Shown in pieces: positions 8,272 to 16,645 of a stretch of 24,020 nucleotides of DNA. Below the pieces are notes generated by a model that saw nothing but the letters and a program-made list of their open reading frames with translations, ran no database searches and was not told where the DNA came from. Position numbers and translations under genes: made by a program. Source of the DNA: a virus (Duplodnaviria; Caudoviricetes); IMG/VR virus record IMGVR_UViG_3300037524_000251, positions 1-24,020 of that record, one strand, 5' to 3'. Every line of letters begins with the position of its first letter. Position 1 is the first letter of the stretch.

Positions 8272-9231
8272 CTATACCCGCAGCCCGTAGCGGTCCATGT
8301 ACCAATCCTTAACGTACTGTGGGTAGTTTTGAATCTTGTTTCCTTGCTTATCGTAATATCCATTAAATCCGCTTACCACATCTGGCCCCTCAGTTGCTCT
8401 CCCCATGATTCCGCCTGTTGCAGGATCGAAATAGTACCCAAGAGAATTAAGGCGAGACGCTGTGTTAGGCGCGGATCTTCCGTTTCCGCTAGACATTCCA
8501 AGCTGACCAGCGGTCGGTATCATGTAGTTCAAGTTATCCCTATTCTGCCAGTTCCCAATACCCCCGGCATGCTGGGCAGTTCCATTTGCATCTCGCCTAT
8601 AAAGTCCACCGTCTTCTCCAAAATAGACGTTGTAATCGCTCGCGTTCCCGACTCCGTACTTTCCAAGATCAGTTGATCTCTGCTCAAATGGACGAGTGCC
8701 TATATTGCTTTGAGCAGTCCTCCAATTCGGATTCTTCCCAAGGATAACGTCAGCAAGCCTTCTGTAGTCACCAAGCGTTGAATCATTATTGCCCCACACC
8801 GGAGTCTGCTGCCATTTAGGAGTCCCAGCGTTTGTCGGCCCTGGAGGATTAATGTTCGATGTAGGTATTGGAGTAGGGTTTGGACGAGGAGTTGTATCAG
8901 GAATCGCTGGAGGAAGCGTGCTGAACTGCACCCCGACATTCTGCGCCGTCGGCGTGTTCACCTGCGGCTGATACGACTGGCCAGTCGCCTGAGCGGCCCT
9001 CGGCGGCCCCGCCGCACTAACCGCCTGCCCCTGAGACGCTGGCATCGGCGTGAACTGATTTACCGTCTGCGTACGGCCGGTGGCGCTGTTGGCCGACGCC
9101 GGATTCATCGCAGAGTTCAGTCTCGGCTGTCCCTGCGGCTGTTGAGCGCCGTACCCCTGCGTCGGCCTGATAGCGTTGTACTGAAGTCCGCTGCTCTGTG
9201 GACGCTGCGTTCCCTGTCCGTTGCCTGCCAT
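8272..9231 (-). CDS. Probable internal virion protein, 319 aa (disordered Q/P/T-rich N-half, G/N/Y-rich C-half)
   Basis: Clean ORF starting 1 nt after the GNAT-like gene's stop, SD AAGGAG. Function inferred from position only. Confidence 0.6.
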   Translation of the reverse strand: MAGNGQGTQRPQSSGLQYNAIRPTQGYGAQQPQGQPRLNSAMNPASANSATGRTQTVNQFTPMPASQGQAVSAAGPPRAAQATGQSYQPQVNTPTAQNVGVQFSTLPPAIPDTTPRPNPTPIPTSNINPPGPTNAGTPKWQQTPVWGNNDSTLGDYRRLADVILGKNPNWRTAQSNIGTRPFEQRSTDLGKYGVGNASDYNVYFGEDGGLYRRDANGTAQHAGGIGNWQNRDNLNYMIPTAGQLGMSSGNGRSAPNTASRLNSLGYYFDPATGGIMGRATEGPDVVSGFNGYYDKQGNKIQNYPQYVKDWYMDRYGLRV

Positions 9232-9232
9232 C

Positions 9233-9700
9233 TTATAGCTCCTTTCGCATCAAGATCCTGTCGCCGCCCTCAAACCCGTAAAACATCCTGTAGACACGAG
9301 CCAGTTGCGGCGAGTCGGCAACGCAGCGAACCTCGGAAGCGCCGATTGCTCTCGCCCAGTCACAGACCGCGTCGAACATCCCCTTGATCTTGTCAAGATC
9401 CTGTTGACAGCCGTCGTCTATCTCGTACTGAAGCACGTTAACGCCCTTGCGACCGAACCAATCGGTCACAAACGCGATCATATGACCCACCATCACTGCC
9501 CCTTGGCAAACCGCTATGAGCATGACCTCTGGGTTCCCAGCCGCGAAGCTCATGGATAGAAACTTCCACAGCTCTGTCGGGTCCGTGTCCCGCGCGTGCA
9601 GCGCGCAGAACTTGTCGCTGCGCTCCTTTAGCTGCGGCATGAGCGCCCAGGCTGAGTCGGAGGACGGAGTCAGACGGACGGTAACCATACAAGTGGCCAC
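9233..9700 (-). CDS. GNAT-like acetyltransferase-fold protein at the tail/ejection junction
   Basis: 155 aa with C-terminal pattern 'VCDWARAIGASEVRCVA...LARVYRMFYGFE' resembling GNAT motifs A/B. This position between tail and internal protein genes is typical of podoviruses. Start codon uncertain (GTG 9700 or a nearby ATG). Confidence 0.65.
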   Translation of the reverse strand: MATCMVTVRLTPSSDSAWALMPQLKERSDKFCALHARDTDPTELWKFLSMSFAAGNPEVMLIAVCQGAVMVGHMIAFVTDWFGRKGVNVLQYEIDDGCQQDLDKIKGMFDAVCDWARAIGASEVRCVADSPQLARVYRMFYGFEGGDRILMRKEL

Positions 9701-9709
9701 GCTTTCGAG

Positions 9710-10894
9710 TTACGTAAGTTTGACAACATAGATAAAAGCGTCTGTGATAGAGATGGAGTTAGCGCCGTCGTTATTAAGGTTTAAATACATGTTTGTTGAA
9801 GCGCTTGCATATACAACAAATGATCCTCCAGCCACTGCTGCTCCTGACGAAATAGTGGACGTGACCTTTGCCCATGTTCCTCCATATCCAGCCGTGCTCG
9901 TTGTGTTAATAAAAAACGCTTCTCCTGCTGTTCCTGTGCCGAGCACGTAAACCCCAACAAGGTATACTCCGGCGCTTGGCAGTGTAATGTACGTGTTTGT
10001 TCCAGAATGCCATCCGTCGCCATCAAGGACTTCAGTTGGGATCGGAATTGCGCTAGTGCTTCCTGATGTAACAGTAAGAGTAACAGAACCGTACGCTACG
10101 AACTTCCTGTTTGGCGTGTCCCACGTCGCGTCTCCGCGTAGAAATTTCAGGACATCGTTGGGCGCCTTAGGCACAAGCCCGTGCGCTGACGTGCTTACGT
10201 TTAAGTCTGTGTTGTCGTCAGGAGTCGCTAAATCATCAAGTTTTGGCAGCGTATGAACGTGATCCCTGTGCGCAGCAATTAGGCTAGTTCCTGGGCTAGC
10301 TGTTCCAAGAGCAGCCGGATTTGTCGAGTCAAAAATAGACTTGTTTGCGTAAGCAGTTTCTGCGTTGGCAATCCCAACGACATTCAGGACACTGGCCGCC
10401 GGGGCCACAGCCTTGAGCAGCAACCCATGCTTTGTCGTCGTGGCATTAAGGTCGGTGTTGTCGTCCGGCGCAGCAAGGTCGTCCAGTTTGACTGAATCGC
10501 TTCCGCCGCTCTGGTGGGACGCCGCGTGGGCCTTCGGCGGCTGCGCATCAGCCAGCTCGCCAGAAAGGCCAGCCACACTAATCTCGTCAGAACCGCCGTT
10601 TTCATGCGACGCCTTGTGCGCCGTAGGGACCGCCGACGACGTGCTCCATGCCCCGTCGTCAAAGTACGCCTTATACGCCTCATCTGAGGCGTAGAACAGC
10701 CGCCGCGTGCCGTCAGCTGTCGGCTTATTCGCGGCCGTGTCGGTCATAATCATGAAGTCGAAGCGCCGCGCCATCTGGACATACATGTCGTTGAGAGCAA
10801 TATGCATCGACTGCGCCCATTGCAGCAGCTCATCGGCCTTTTGTGGCGCAGCAGGAAGCGACGGGTTCGCAGGAATTACCGGCGACGTGGTCAT
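9710..10894 (-). CDS. Tail fibre protein with C-terminal C1q/TNF-like beta-sandwich tip, 394 aa
   Basis: Start reassigned to ATG 10894 (ATGA overlap with the nozzle stop). HxxSHxxGGSD x2, KLDDLAxPDDNTDLN x2, HRDHVH and FLRGDATW fibre-shaft motifs. Tip contains ITLPSAGVYLV. Confidence 0.75.
   Translation of the reverse strand: MTTSPVIPANPSLPAAPQKADELLQWAQSMHIALNDMYVQMARRFDFMIMTDTAANKPTADGTRRLFYASDEAYKAYFDDGAWSTSSAVPTAHKASHENGGSDEISVAGLSGELADAQPPKAHAASHQSGGSDSVKLDDLAAPDDNTDLNATTTKHGLLLKAVAPAASVLNVVGIANAETAYANKSIFDSTNPAALGTASPGTSLIAAHRDHVHTLPKLDDLATPDDNTDLNVSTSAHGLVPKAPNDVLKFLRGDATWDTPNRKFVAYGSVTLTVTSGSTSAIPIPTEVLDGDGWHSGTNTYITLPSAGVYLVGVYVLGTGTAGEAFFINTTSTAGYGGTWAKVTSTISSGAAVAGGSFVVYASASTNMYLNLNNDGANSISITDAFIYVVKLT
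10199..10489 (-). repeat. Intragenic duplicated motif KLDDLA(A/T)PDDNTDLN (copies at 10445-10489 and 10199-10243)
   Basis: 14 of 15 residues identical with many synonymous differences. Both copies are followed by xxxxxHGL. Confidence 0.85.
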
Positions 10895-13677
10895 CGCTTG
10901 CCCCTCGTCACAATTGCTGCCGAAGACCCAAGCCACTCGACATGCTGTTCAGTCTCCAAATCGAGCCGGAACGCGAACATCCTAGCGCTTTCGCGGTGCC
11001 CAGTGTGCAGCGGATCAGCCGCCTTGACAAGATCCATTGTCACTGGCGTCTTGGCGTCAGCCTCTGCCTCTTCGCCGTAGTCTGAGCACCCGATCCTAAC
11101 GTCCACTTCCTGAGTTAGCGTGGTCGGTATGAACAGGTGATCCATCTCGATCAGCGTCTTGAACGAGCTAGCGTCACCAAAGTCAAGCAAGCCAGTTTCA
11201 AGGAACGCCTCGATCTCCTGCCCACCGGACGGCGTGACCTGGTTGACTCCGCTGCCGAGCGAGTCACCAACCTCAGAGGAGTCGAGCTTGACGGACCACG
11301 TAGTCGAGTCTTCCCATGCCCCGCGATACGTCGTCATAGCGGCATAGCGCGCTGCGACCTGAGAGGCAATCAGCTCAGACGACTGGACACTCAGCCCCAG
11401 GAACTGGCACCCTGCTTGCTGCGTCCCAGCGGCCAGCGAACCGATGTAGACGTTCGTCCCAAGGGTCAGGCCAGGAGCCGTGGCGTCCGTGCCGCCAGAG
11501 ACGCCTTGATCGTAGAGCGTGACCCCGCCAGTTCCCCACGTCACAGCCCAGTAAACAAGTCCGCCAAGAGCTTTAGCGGCTCCGCTAGAAGTGATCGTCA
11601 CGGTAGCCGCGCCAGTACCGTACAGGACTTGCAGCTTACCGGCCGTGGTGATCTGCACCAGCAGATTCTTGTTCGCGGCGCCATTGCCGTCGAGAAGAAC
11701 CTGCGCCGTAGTCCCTGGCGTGCGCTTGACGACTGCCCAGCCGTCAACGGTCCCAGCGGCATCAGCGAAAACGCCAGCCTTCGGGACATACACAACCTCT
11801 GCGTTGCGAGCCGTCCCTGTCGTGTGCCACGCCGTCGCGTACGCCTTCTGCTCAATCTGAATCGCGTCGATGTAGAACGTCGTAGCAAGCGTCCCAGTGG
11901 TGTAGATGTGCGCAGCCATCGCTGCCCCGCTGGCAGTGAACGGAAGAATGATACGCTGCATCGCTCCGGTAGCTGTGAAGTTGACAGTCGAGCCTTCTGC
12001 GGCTGCTGTAAGCGCCCCAGAGCCACGAACGTAGAACGACAGGCATGCGGCGGCTCCAGCGATTGTCGTTACAGCGAAGTTGATGCCCTCGTTCGCTGCG
12101 CCGCCTGGAGTTATAACCTTAAGTGACCTGCTGCCCTGCTTTGAATAGTCCGTGGAAGAAGAGATCGTTTCTGTTCCTACTTCTTTCGTGAATCCTGTCG
12201 CATCTGACGACGTGTCTGTTCCTGTCGCGACATTCGCCGCGTCTAGAAGATTCGTCGTTCCTTCCTCAATTAGAAGCCCGCTGTACCCAGTATCCGCATC
12301 GAAGCGCATGGCACCAGCGGTAACGGCATCGCAATCCCAGTCGTATGCTACCGAGTTCCGCGTAAAGATCCCATCAACAAGCCACTCGTCCTTGACGCCA
12401 TCTTCCTTGTAGCACTGGCCAGTAGACGATCCAAACGCGAGAAGCGGACTCTCAGAGGTAAAGCTGCCAATCGAGTTTGAGTAGCTTCCAATGGTGTTCC
12501 CAAGGTCGCCAATCAGCGTGTCGAGCTGAGAGTAGATGCGCGCCCCAGCAGACATCGTCAGACGCTTCCAGCGGATGGGCCAAACACTCATTGACGGCAT
12601 GTCTATCACGATGCCGCCAGTGCATTCGTTGCCCTCGCTCTGCGGAAACACGTACCAGAGCATACCCTGCTCTTGGTCGTAGCAACCCCACGCCTGTCCC
12701 TTCTTCGTCCAGTCAATCGTGTCCAGAATTGCCTTCTGGATCTTGCGCCACTCCCCGACTCCGCCAAGCGGCGCCACGCTCAGGCCGTCGAAGGTCATGA
12801 TCGACCCGTCTTCAGCTAAGAACGCATGCCTGCCATCTGGAAGCGGCACGATGGAGTTGGTCGAAACCGGCCCAGCAATACCAGCGCGCTTCAGCTCGAA
12901 ACGGAACGGGATCGCCGTGCTCTGCGCGATACAGGTGTACACCGCGTCGCGCTTGTAGATCGCCGTCTGGAGACTCCCCATCTCCTGCATGCCGATGATC
13001 TCGCCGGGAGTTTCTCCAAGAGCGACAGTCAGCACCGCCGGATCAGTTCCACCGGACCCAGGATACGATCCCCAGCCATTCGTAAAGTCGTTAGACGACG
13101 AGCACTGTACAAGGTCGCTTCCAGCCGAGTCACGGTAGCCAATCAAAAGCCGATTAGCGTTGATTGCCATGCACCTAGTAGCCGCAGGAGGGTATACGGT
13201 AGCATCTGTAGCCTTGACAATGTTGATGTAGTTGTTCGACGTGTTCCCGTCCCACGATTTCGGCCTGTCAACACCGTTACAGCCGATCAGATACGCCACA
13301 TTCGGCGTGCCTTTGTTGAAGATCCTGAAGACCTGCTGAGACGTCACAGATCCTGTCAGCGGACCACCGACGCCCGTATCGGTAATGTCTATCCAGGCTC
13401 CTGTGGCAGAGGTCAGACACGCCCATCCGGTCGAGTGCCCAACTACGATTCGCTTAGTCACAGACGACGAGAAATCGTACTGGATGATACCCATGATCCG
13501 CTGGCCGACACTGTCCCACTGCTTCTTCCACCCCGGCCTGACGCGGAACTTCCCGTCCCATGCCAGCACATTCTGCGCCTCGGCAAGCCCGTTCTCGTCA
13601 ATCATACGAGAGTTTCTGTCTTTCTGAAGGCCAGCCAGCGGCAAGGGCAGCGGAAGATGCTGAACTCCGGTAGGCAT
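10891..13677 (-). CDS. Tail nozzle / packaged-DNA stabilisation protein (P22 gp10 / T7 gp12-like) with inserted fibre/lectin-like module, 928 aa
   Basis: N-terminal 'PLAGL...AQNV...GKFRVRPGW' pattern, beta-propeller-like strands, and C-terminal 'EAFLETGLLDFGD..FKTL...R.FAFRL' domain. Downstream of the adaptor gene. Confidence 0.75.
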   Translation of the reverse strand: MPTGVQHLPLPLPLAGLQKDRNSRMIDENGLAEAQNVLAWDGKFRVRPGWKKQWDSVGQRIMGIIQYDFSSSVTKRIVVGHSTGWACLTSATGAWIDITDTGVGGPLTGSVTSQQVFRIFNKGTPNVAYLIGCNGVDRPKSWDGNTSNNYINIVKATDATVYPPAATRCMAINANRLLIGYRDSAGSDLVQCSSSNDFTNGWGSYPGSGGTDPAVLTVALGETPGEIIGMQEMGSLQTAIYKRDAVYTCIAQSTAIPFRFELKRAGIAGPVSTNSIVPLPDGRHAFLAEDGSIMTFDGLSVAPLGGVGEWRKIQKAILDTIDWTKKGQAWGCYDQEQGMLWYVFPQSEGNECTGGIVIDMPSMSVWPIRWKRLTMSAGARIYSQLDTLIGDLGNTIGSYSNSIGSFTSESPLLAFGSSTGQCYKEDGVKDEWLVDGIFTRNSVAYDWDCDAVTAGAMRFDADTGYSGLLIEEGTTNLLDAANVATGTDTSSDATGFTKEVGTETISSSTDYSKQGSRSLKVITPGGAANEGINFAVTTIAGAAACLSFYVRGSGALTAAAEGSTVNFTATGAMQRIILPFTASGAAMAAHIYTTGTLATTFYIDAIQIEQKAYATAWHTTGTARNAEVVYVPKAGVFADAAGTVDGWAVVKRTPGTTAQVLLDGNGAANKNLLVQITTAGKLQVLYGTGAATVTITSSGAAKALGGLVYWAVTWGTGGVTLYDQGVSGGTDATAPGLTLGTNVYIGSLAAGTQQAGCQFLGLSVQSSELIASQVAARYAAMTTYRGAWEDSTTWSVKLDSSEVGDSLGSGVNQVTPSGGQEIEAFLETGLLDFGDASSFKTLIEMDHLFIPTTLTQEVDVRIGCSDYGEEAEADAKTPVTMDLVKAADPLHTGHRESARMFAFRLDLETEQHVEWLGSSAAIVTRGKR

Positions 13678-14393
13678 TAGGTCACCTTAGCAATTGATAG
13701 ATAAACATCTGTAATAGACATTGCGCCACTTCCGTTATTTAAAAACGTGAATGGCGTAATCGCCATAGATCCGTTTACGTAAATCATCCCGCCAGCCTGA
13801 ATCACAAGACCTGCCCCTGTCACGACTAGGCCGACGCCTGTCAACGGAAACTGCGGAGGAGAAATTGCAAGGAACGCAGTGTCATTAGTTGTTCCTGTTC
13901 CATATACCTGCAACGAAACTAAATACAGTCCGGCCGACGGAAGCGTTATTGTACCTCCAGAATGCCATCCGCCAGCATCCTCTCCCTCAGTCGATGGTAG
14001 TGTGAGATTTGCGCTAACTCCAGCGGCCACTGTTTGTGTTACAGATCCACTGAGACGTAAGCGGGCGTTCCCGTACGACTCCACAGTCGTTGGAACCCAT
14101 CCAGCCGCTATCTTGCTCGCCCCGTCAGACATGACGATTTTGCTCGCCGCAGGGGTAGCTGTAGCATTAGCCGGATTCTGGACGACAAGACTGGTAGCGC
14201 CAAGCGTGGCAACGCCATTCGGCTGCGCAAGGGTCGAAGCCAGCACCACCGGGACTGTCGAAATGTCGCTGTCAATCGTCTGGCCGAGCACGTCGCAGAT
14301 AGCCTGTTCAAGATCGCCAACGTGATCGTCAATCAGGTTTGCGACCGTCGAATTGGTCATGCGAGCGCGCTTGAATCTCGTAGGAAGCGCCAT
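13677..14393 (-). CDS. Short tail fibre/appendage protein with C1q/TNF-like tip, 238 aa
   Basis: 'AQPNGVATL' shaft motif. The C-terminal ~125 aa are paralogous to the tip of 9710-10894 (GWHSG, ITLPSAG.YLV, GTGT, SITD). Confidence 0.7.
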   Translation of the reverse strand: MALPTRFKRARMTNSTVANLIDDHVGDLEQAICDVLGQTIDSDISTVPVVLASTLAQPNGVATLGATSLVVQNPANATATPAASKIVMSDGASKIAAGWVPTTVESYGNARLRLSGSVTQTVAAGVSANLTLPSTEGEDAGGWHSGGTITLPSAGLYLVSLQVYGTGTTNDTAFLAISPPQFPLTGVGLVVTGAGLVIQAGGMIYVNGSMAITPFTFLNNGSGAMSITDVYLSIAKVT

Positions 14394-14403
14394 CGTCTAT
14401 CTC

Positions 14404-15090
14404 CTATCCAGTGGTCGGAGCGGTCGGGGCGAAGATCGTCCCCGGCTCCTGAGAGACTGGCCTGCGGCCCGCAGTGCGGTTGCGAGCGTGCTCGATGCTT
14501 AGCCGGTCGATTGCCTGCTGCGCCCGCTGCTGGAATGTGCCGAGCCGATTGTCCTCGATCCCGTACAGCGAACCCTGCCCAAGACATGCCCACAACAGAA
14601 CGTCCCACGCATTCGTCAGGAAGTCGTTCGTGTTGTTCGGAGCGCCGTTGGCAAGGTCTGGCAGCTTCTTGTAGTACCGAGCAGCCGCTGAGTAGTTGCC
14701 ATCGGACTTAGGGCCGGTCTTAATGGTAGATCCCCAGATGGCGTAGTGCAGCGGCTTCCCACTTGCGGCCGTAGAGTCGGCCGGGTAGCGCACGTCGAAC
14801 TCTTCAACAGATAGCTGCTCAAGGAATGTCGGAGCGTTCGTGCCAGCCTGATACTGAATGGCGTACGGGCGGGACCAGTCAGACGGCAGCGAGAACGACG
14901 AGTTTCCAAGCGTAATGCTGATGGTCGCGTCGGCTTCCAGAAATCGGAAGTCGTACATGCGGCACAGCTCAGCCTGGGTCATGTTGATGATGTCCTGTCG
15001 TACCGACGACGGCAAGCGATTCGTGTCAGCATCACGAATGCCCAGCCAGTCGGCCATTGCGGCCTGCATCTGCTCAAAGGTCTTCGCCAC
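14404..15090 (-). CDS. Head-tail adaptor (tail tubular protein A-like), 228 aa
   Basis: GTG start with AGGAGG. Motifs 'IIN..QAEL', 'F.LPSDW', 'GKP.HYAI', 'P..DGNY....YY', 'N.FLTNAWDVLLWACL' are typical of podovirus adaptors. Confidence 0.75.
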   Translation of the reverse strand: MAKTFEQMQAAMADWLGIRDADTNRLPSSVRQDIINMTQAELCRMYDFRFLEADATISITLGNSSFSLPSDWSRPYAIQYQAGTNAPTFLEQLSVEEFDVRYPADSTAASGKPLHYAIWGSTIKTGPKSDGNYSAAARYYKKLPDLANGAPNNTNDFLTNAWDVLLWACLGQGSLYGIEDNRLGTFQQRAQQAIDRLSIEHARNRTAGRRPVSQEPGTIFAPTAPTTG

Positions 15091-15098
15091 GTCCCCTC

Positions 15099-15560
15099 CT
15101 AATACTTAATGCCAAGACGGTCGTAGACGCGCTTTAGGATCGAAGCCTTCGTCTCTTCGTCAGCGGCGCCAACGCCGATCTTCCGAGCCAAATCGACCAG
15201 GCCAGCCTGCGACATCCGCTCAAACTTGTACGGCTTCATGTTTTTGTACTCGATCAGCGGGTCAGTAGGCAGCTCGGCAGTGACTTCCGGCGGCAGATAG
15301 CGCCCCTCGTCCGGCACATTGGTACGGTCGTGAACCACCGGCTTGTTGGCGTGCCGATCAAGGTCAACCGGGGTGTTGCTCCACGGCGGCGAGACTGGCT
15401 CATCGGACGTAGCGTCTAGGATGAACACGTTGTACCAGTCGTTCGTCTCGACAAGCGCTATCGCCTTGGGATCTTCCGTGATGAACAGGCCGTTATTAAA
15501 CTTGACCTTGTCGCCAATCGCGTAAAACGGGTAACGCGGACAGATGTACGTCTTTTTCAT
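15099..15560 (-). CDS. Hypothetical protein (153 aa), possible C-terminal HeH/Rho-N-like helical domain
   Basis: ATGA overlap with the upstream gene. N-terminal 'VKFNNGLFITEDP' and C-terminal 'MSQAGLVDLARKIGV....TKASIL'. Confidence 0.6.
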   Translation of the reverse strand: MKKTYICPRYPFYAIGDKVKFNNGLFITEDPKAIALVETNDWYNVFILDATSDEPVSPPWSNTPVDLDRHANKPVVHDRTNVPDEGRYLPPEVTAELPTDPLIEYKNMKPYKFERMSQAGLVDLARKIGVGAADEETKASILKRVYDRLGIKY

Positions 15561-15946
15561 CAGACCCTCACCTTGTAGACGACGCTTTCAAGCGCATCAA
15601 GACGCGCTTCCAGCTTCGCCATTTCAGGAACTGAATCGGGGAACTTCTCAAACAAGCCAAGGTGGCGCTGCGTCACTTGGTTTTTGTCGCCAAGCGCCTT
15701 CAGTGCGTCAACGATAGTCTTGACTTGCCTCTCGGACAGCGATGCCTGCACGCCTTTGTCCTTGGCCGGGTTCCACGCGACCGTGCCCTTGCCGTCGTCC
15801 TGCCACTCAAGCGTGTTTCGTTCAAGATCGCTCAGGTCCAGCGCCTCTTTTAGTGACTTGACGCTCAGCATCGTCTGGTAGTCGCCCTGTTGAGGCAAGG
15901 CCATAAGCAGGTGCAGCCTCTCTTCGACGGTCAGAATCACTTCCAT
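15560..15946 (-). CDS. Hypothetical protein (128 aa), possible assembly chaperone
   Basis: Start reassigned to ATG 15946 (GGAGGAGAGA-ATG, MEVILTVEERL). The longer track start runs through an intergenic hairpin. Function is a guess from position. Confidence 0.6.
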   Translation of the reverse strand: MEVILTVEERLHLLMALPQQGDYQTMLSVKSLKEALDLSDLERNTLEWQDDGKGTVAWNPAKDKGVQASLSERQVKTIVDALKALGDKNQVTQRHLGLFEKFPDSVPEMAKLEARLDALESVVYKVRV

Positions 15947-15967
15947 TCTCTCCTCCCAAGTAAGAAT

Positions 15968-15995
15968 GGGGAGGGAGCCTTGCGACCCCCTCCCC
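15968..15995 (-). terminator. GC-rich hairpin, probable intrinsic terminator or mRNA-stabilising stem after the capsid/decoration block
   Basis: GGGGAGGGGGTC-GCAA-GGCTCCCTCCCC: 12-bp stem with two G-U pairs, GNRA loop, followed by ATTCTTACTT. Confidence 0.65.
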
Positions 15996-16004
15996 GGACG
16001 CATG

Positions 16005-16634
16005 TTAGATGGCGTTGGAAACCATCAGGTAGTACGCGGTGCCGAACAGGCGAATGCGGATGACGTGCGACACAGCCGCCGAGGACTTGGCAACGCACAT
16101 GTTGCCAGAGGCAATCGAGCCGCCCTCGATGCTGAACAGCGCCACGTTGTCCTCAAGGAGCGCAGCGCCAGTCGTGTCGCCAGCGAGGACGAAACGAGCG
16201 AACTGGCCGTTGCTCATGTTGGACGTGGTGCCGTCGGCGTACAGCTCGGCATACAGCGCGCCATTGGTGCCGCCGAGAACAGCAGCCGGGACATGAAGCG
16301 TAGCGCGGACAGCCGCAGCCTCACCAGTGCAGGTGCCGCTACCGGAGAACTGCACGGACGAATGCAGGCCGTGGACCCCGACCGCACCAGCACCAGTGAC
16401 GAGCGTGTAGAACCGGCCCGCCTCGCCGCTTACCGCAGCGCCAGACATGGTGAGCTTGCGGTAGATGGCGCGGTTGTCGGTCGCCACATTGGACGTGATG
16501 AGGTACGCCTTATCGGCGCTCCCGCCCTCGTAGGACTCAGGAGACGCAGAAGTGCCAACATCGTTAACCATAGGGGCACCGGACACCGTGATGCCCTGCT
16601 TGAAGTAGATCCTCTCGTCGTACGACTGGGGCAT
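16005..16634 (-). CDS. Probable capsid decoration/head fibre protein, 209 aa
   Basis: SD AAGAGGA. Ala/Gly/Ser/Thr-rich beta-type sequence, two genes downstream of the major capsid gene. Confidence 0.55.
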   Translation of the reverse strand: MPQSYDERIYFKQGITVSGAPMVNDVGTSASPESYEGGSADKAYLITSNVATDNRAIYRKLTMSGAAVSGEAGRFYTLVTGAGAVGVHGLHSSVQFSGSGTCTGEAAAVRATLHVPAAVLGGTNGALYAELYADGTTSNMSNGQFARFVLAGDTTGAALLEDNVALFSIEGGSIASGNMCVAKSSAAVSHVIRIRLFGTAYYLMVSNAI

Positions 16635-16645
16635 TCTGTTCCTCC

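Noticed and set aside
8700-8939. Leu-rich alternative-frame ORF (79 aa) inside the 319-aa gene
   Set aside because: Explained by CCT/ACT codons of the Pro/Thr-rich host frame; no convincing RBS.
9710-14065. Diversity-generating retroelement template/variable repeat pair between the two fibre tips
   Set aside because: The copies are too diverged, contain indels, differences are not adenine-specific, and no reverse transcriptase is in the window.
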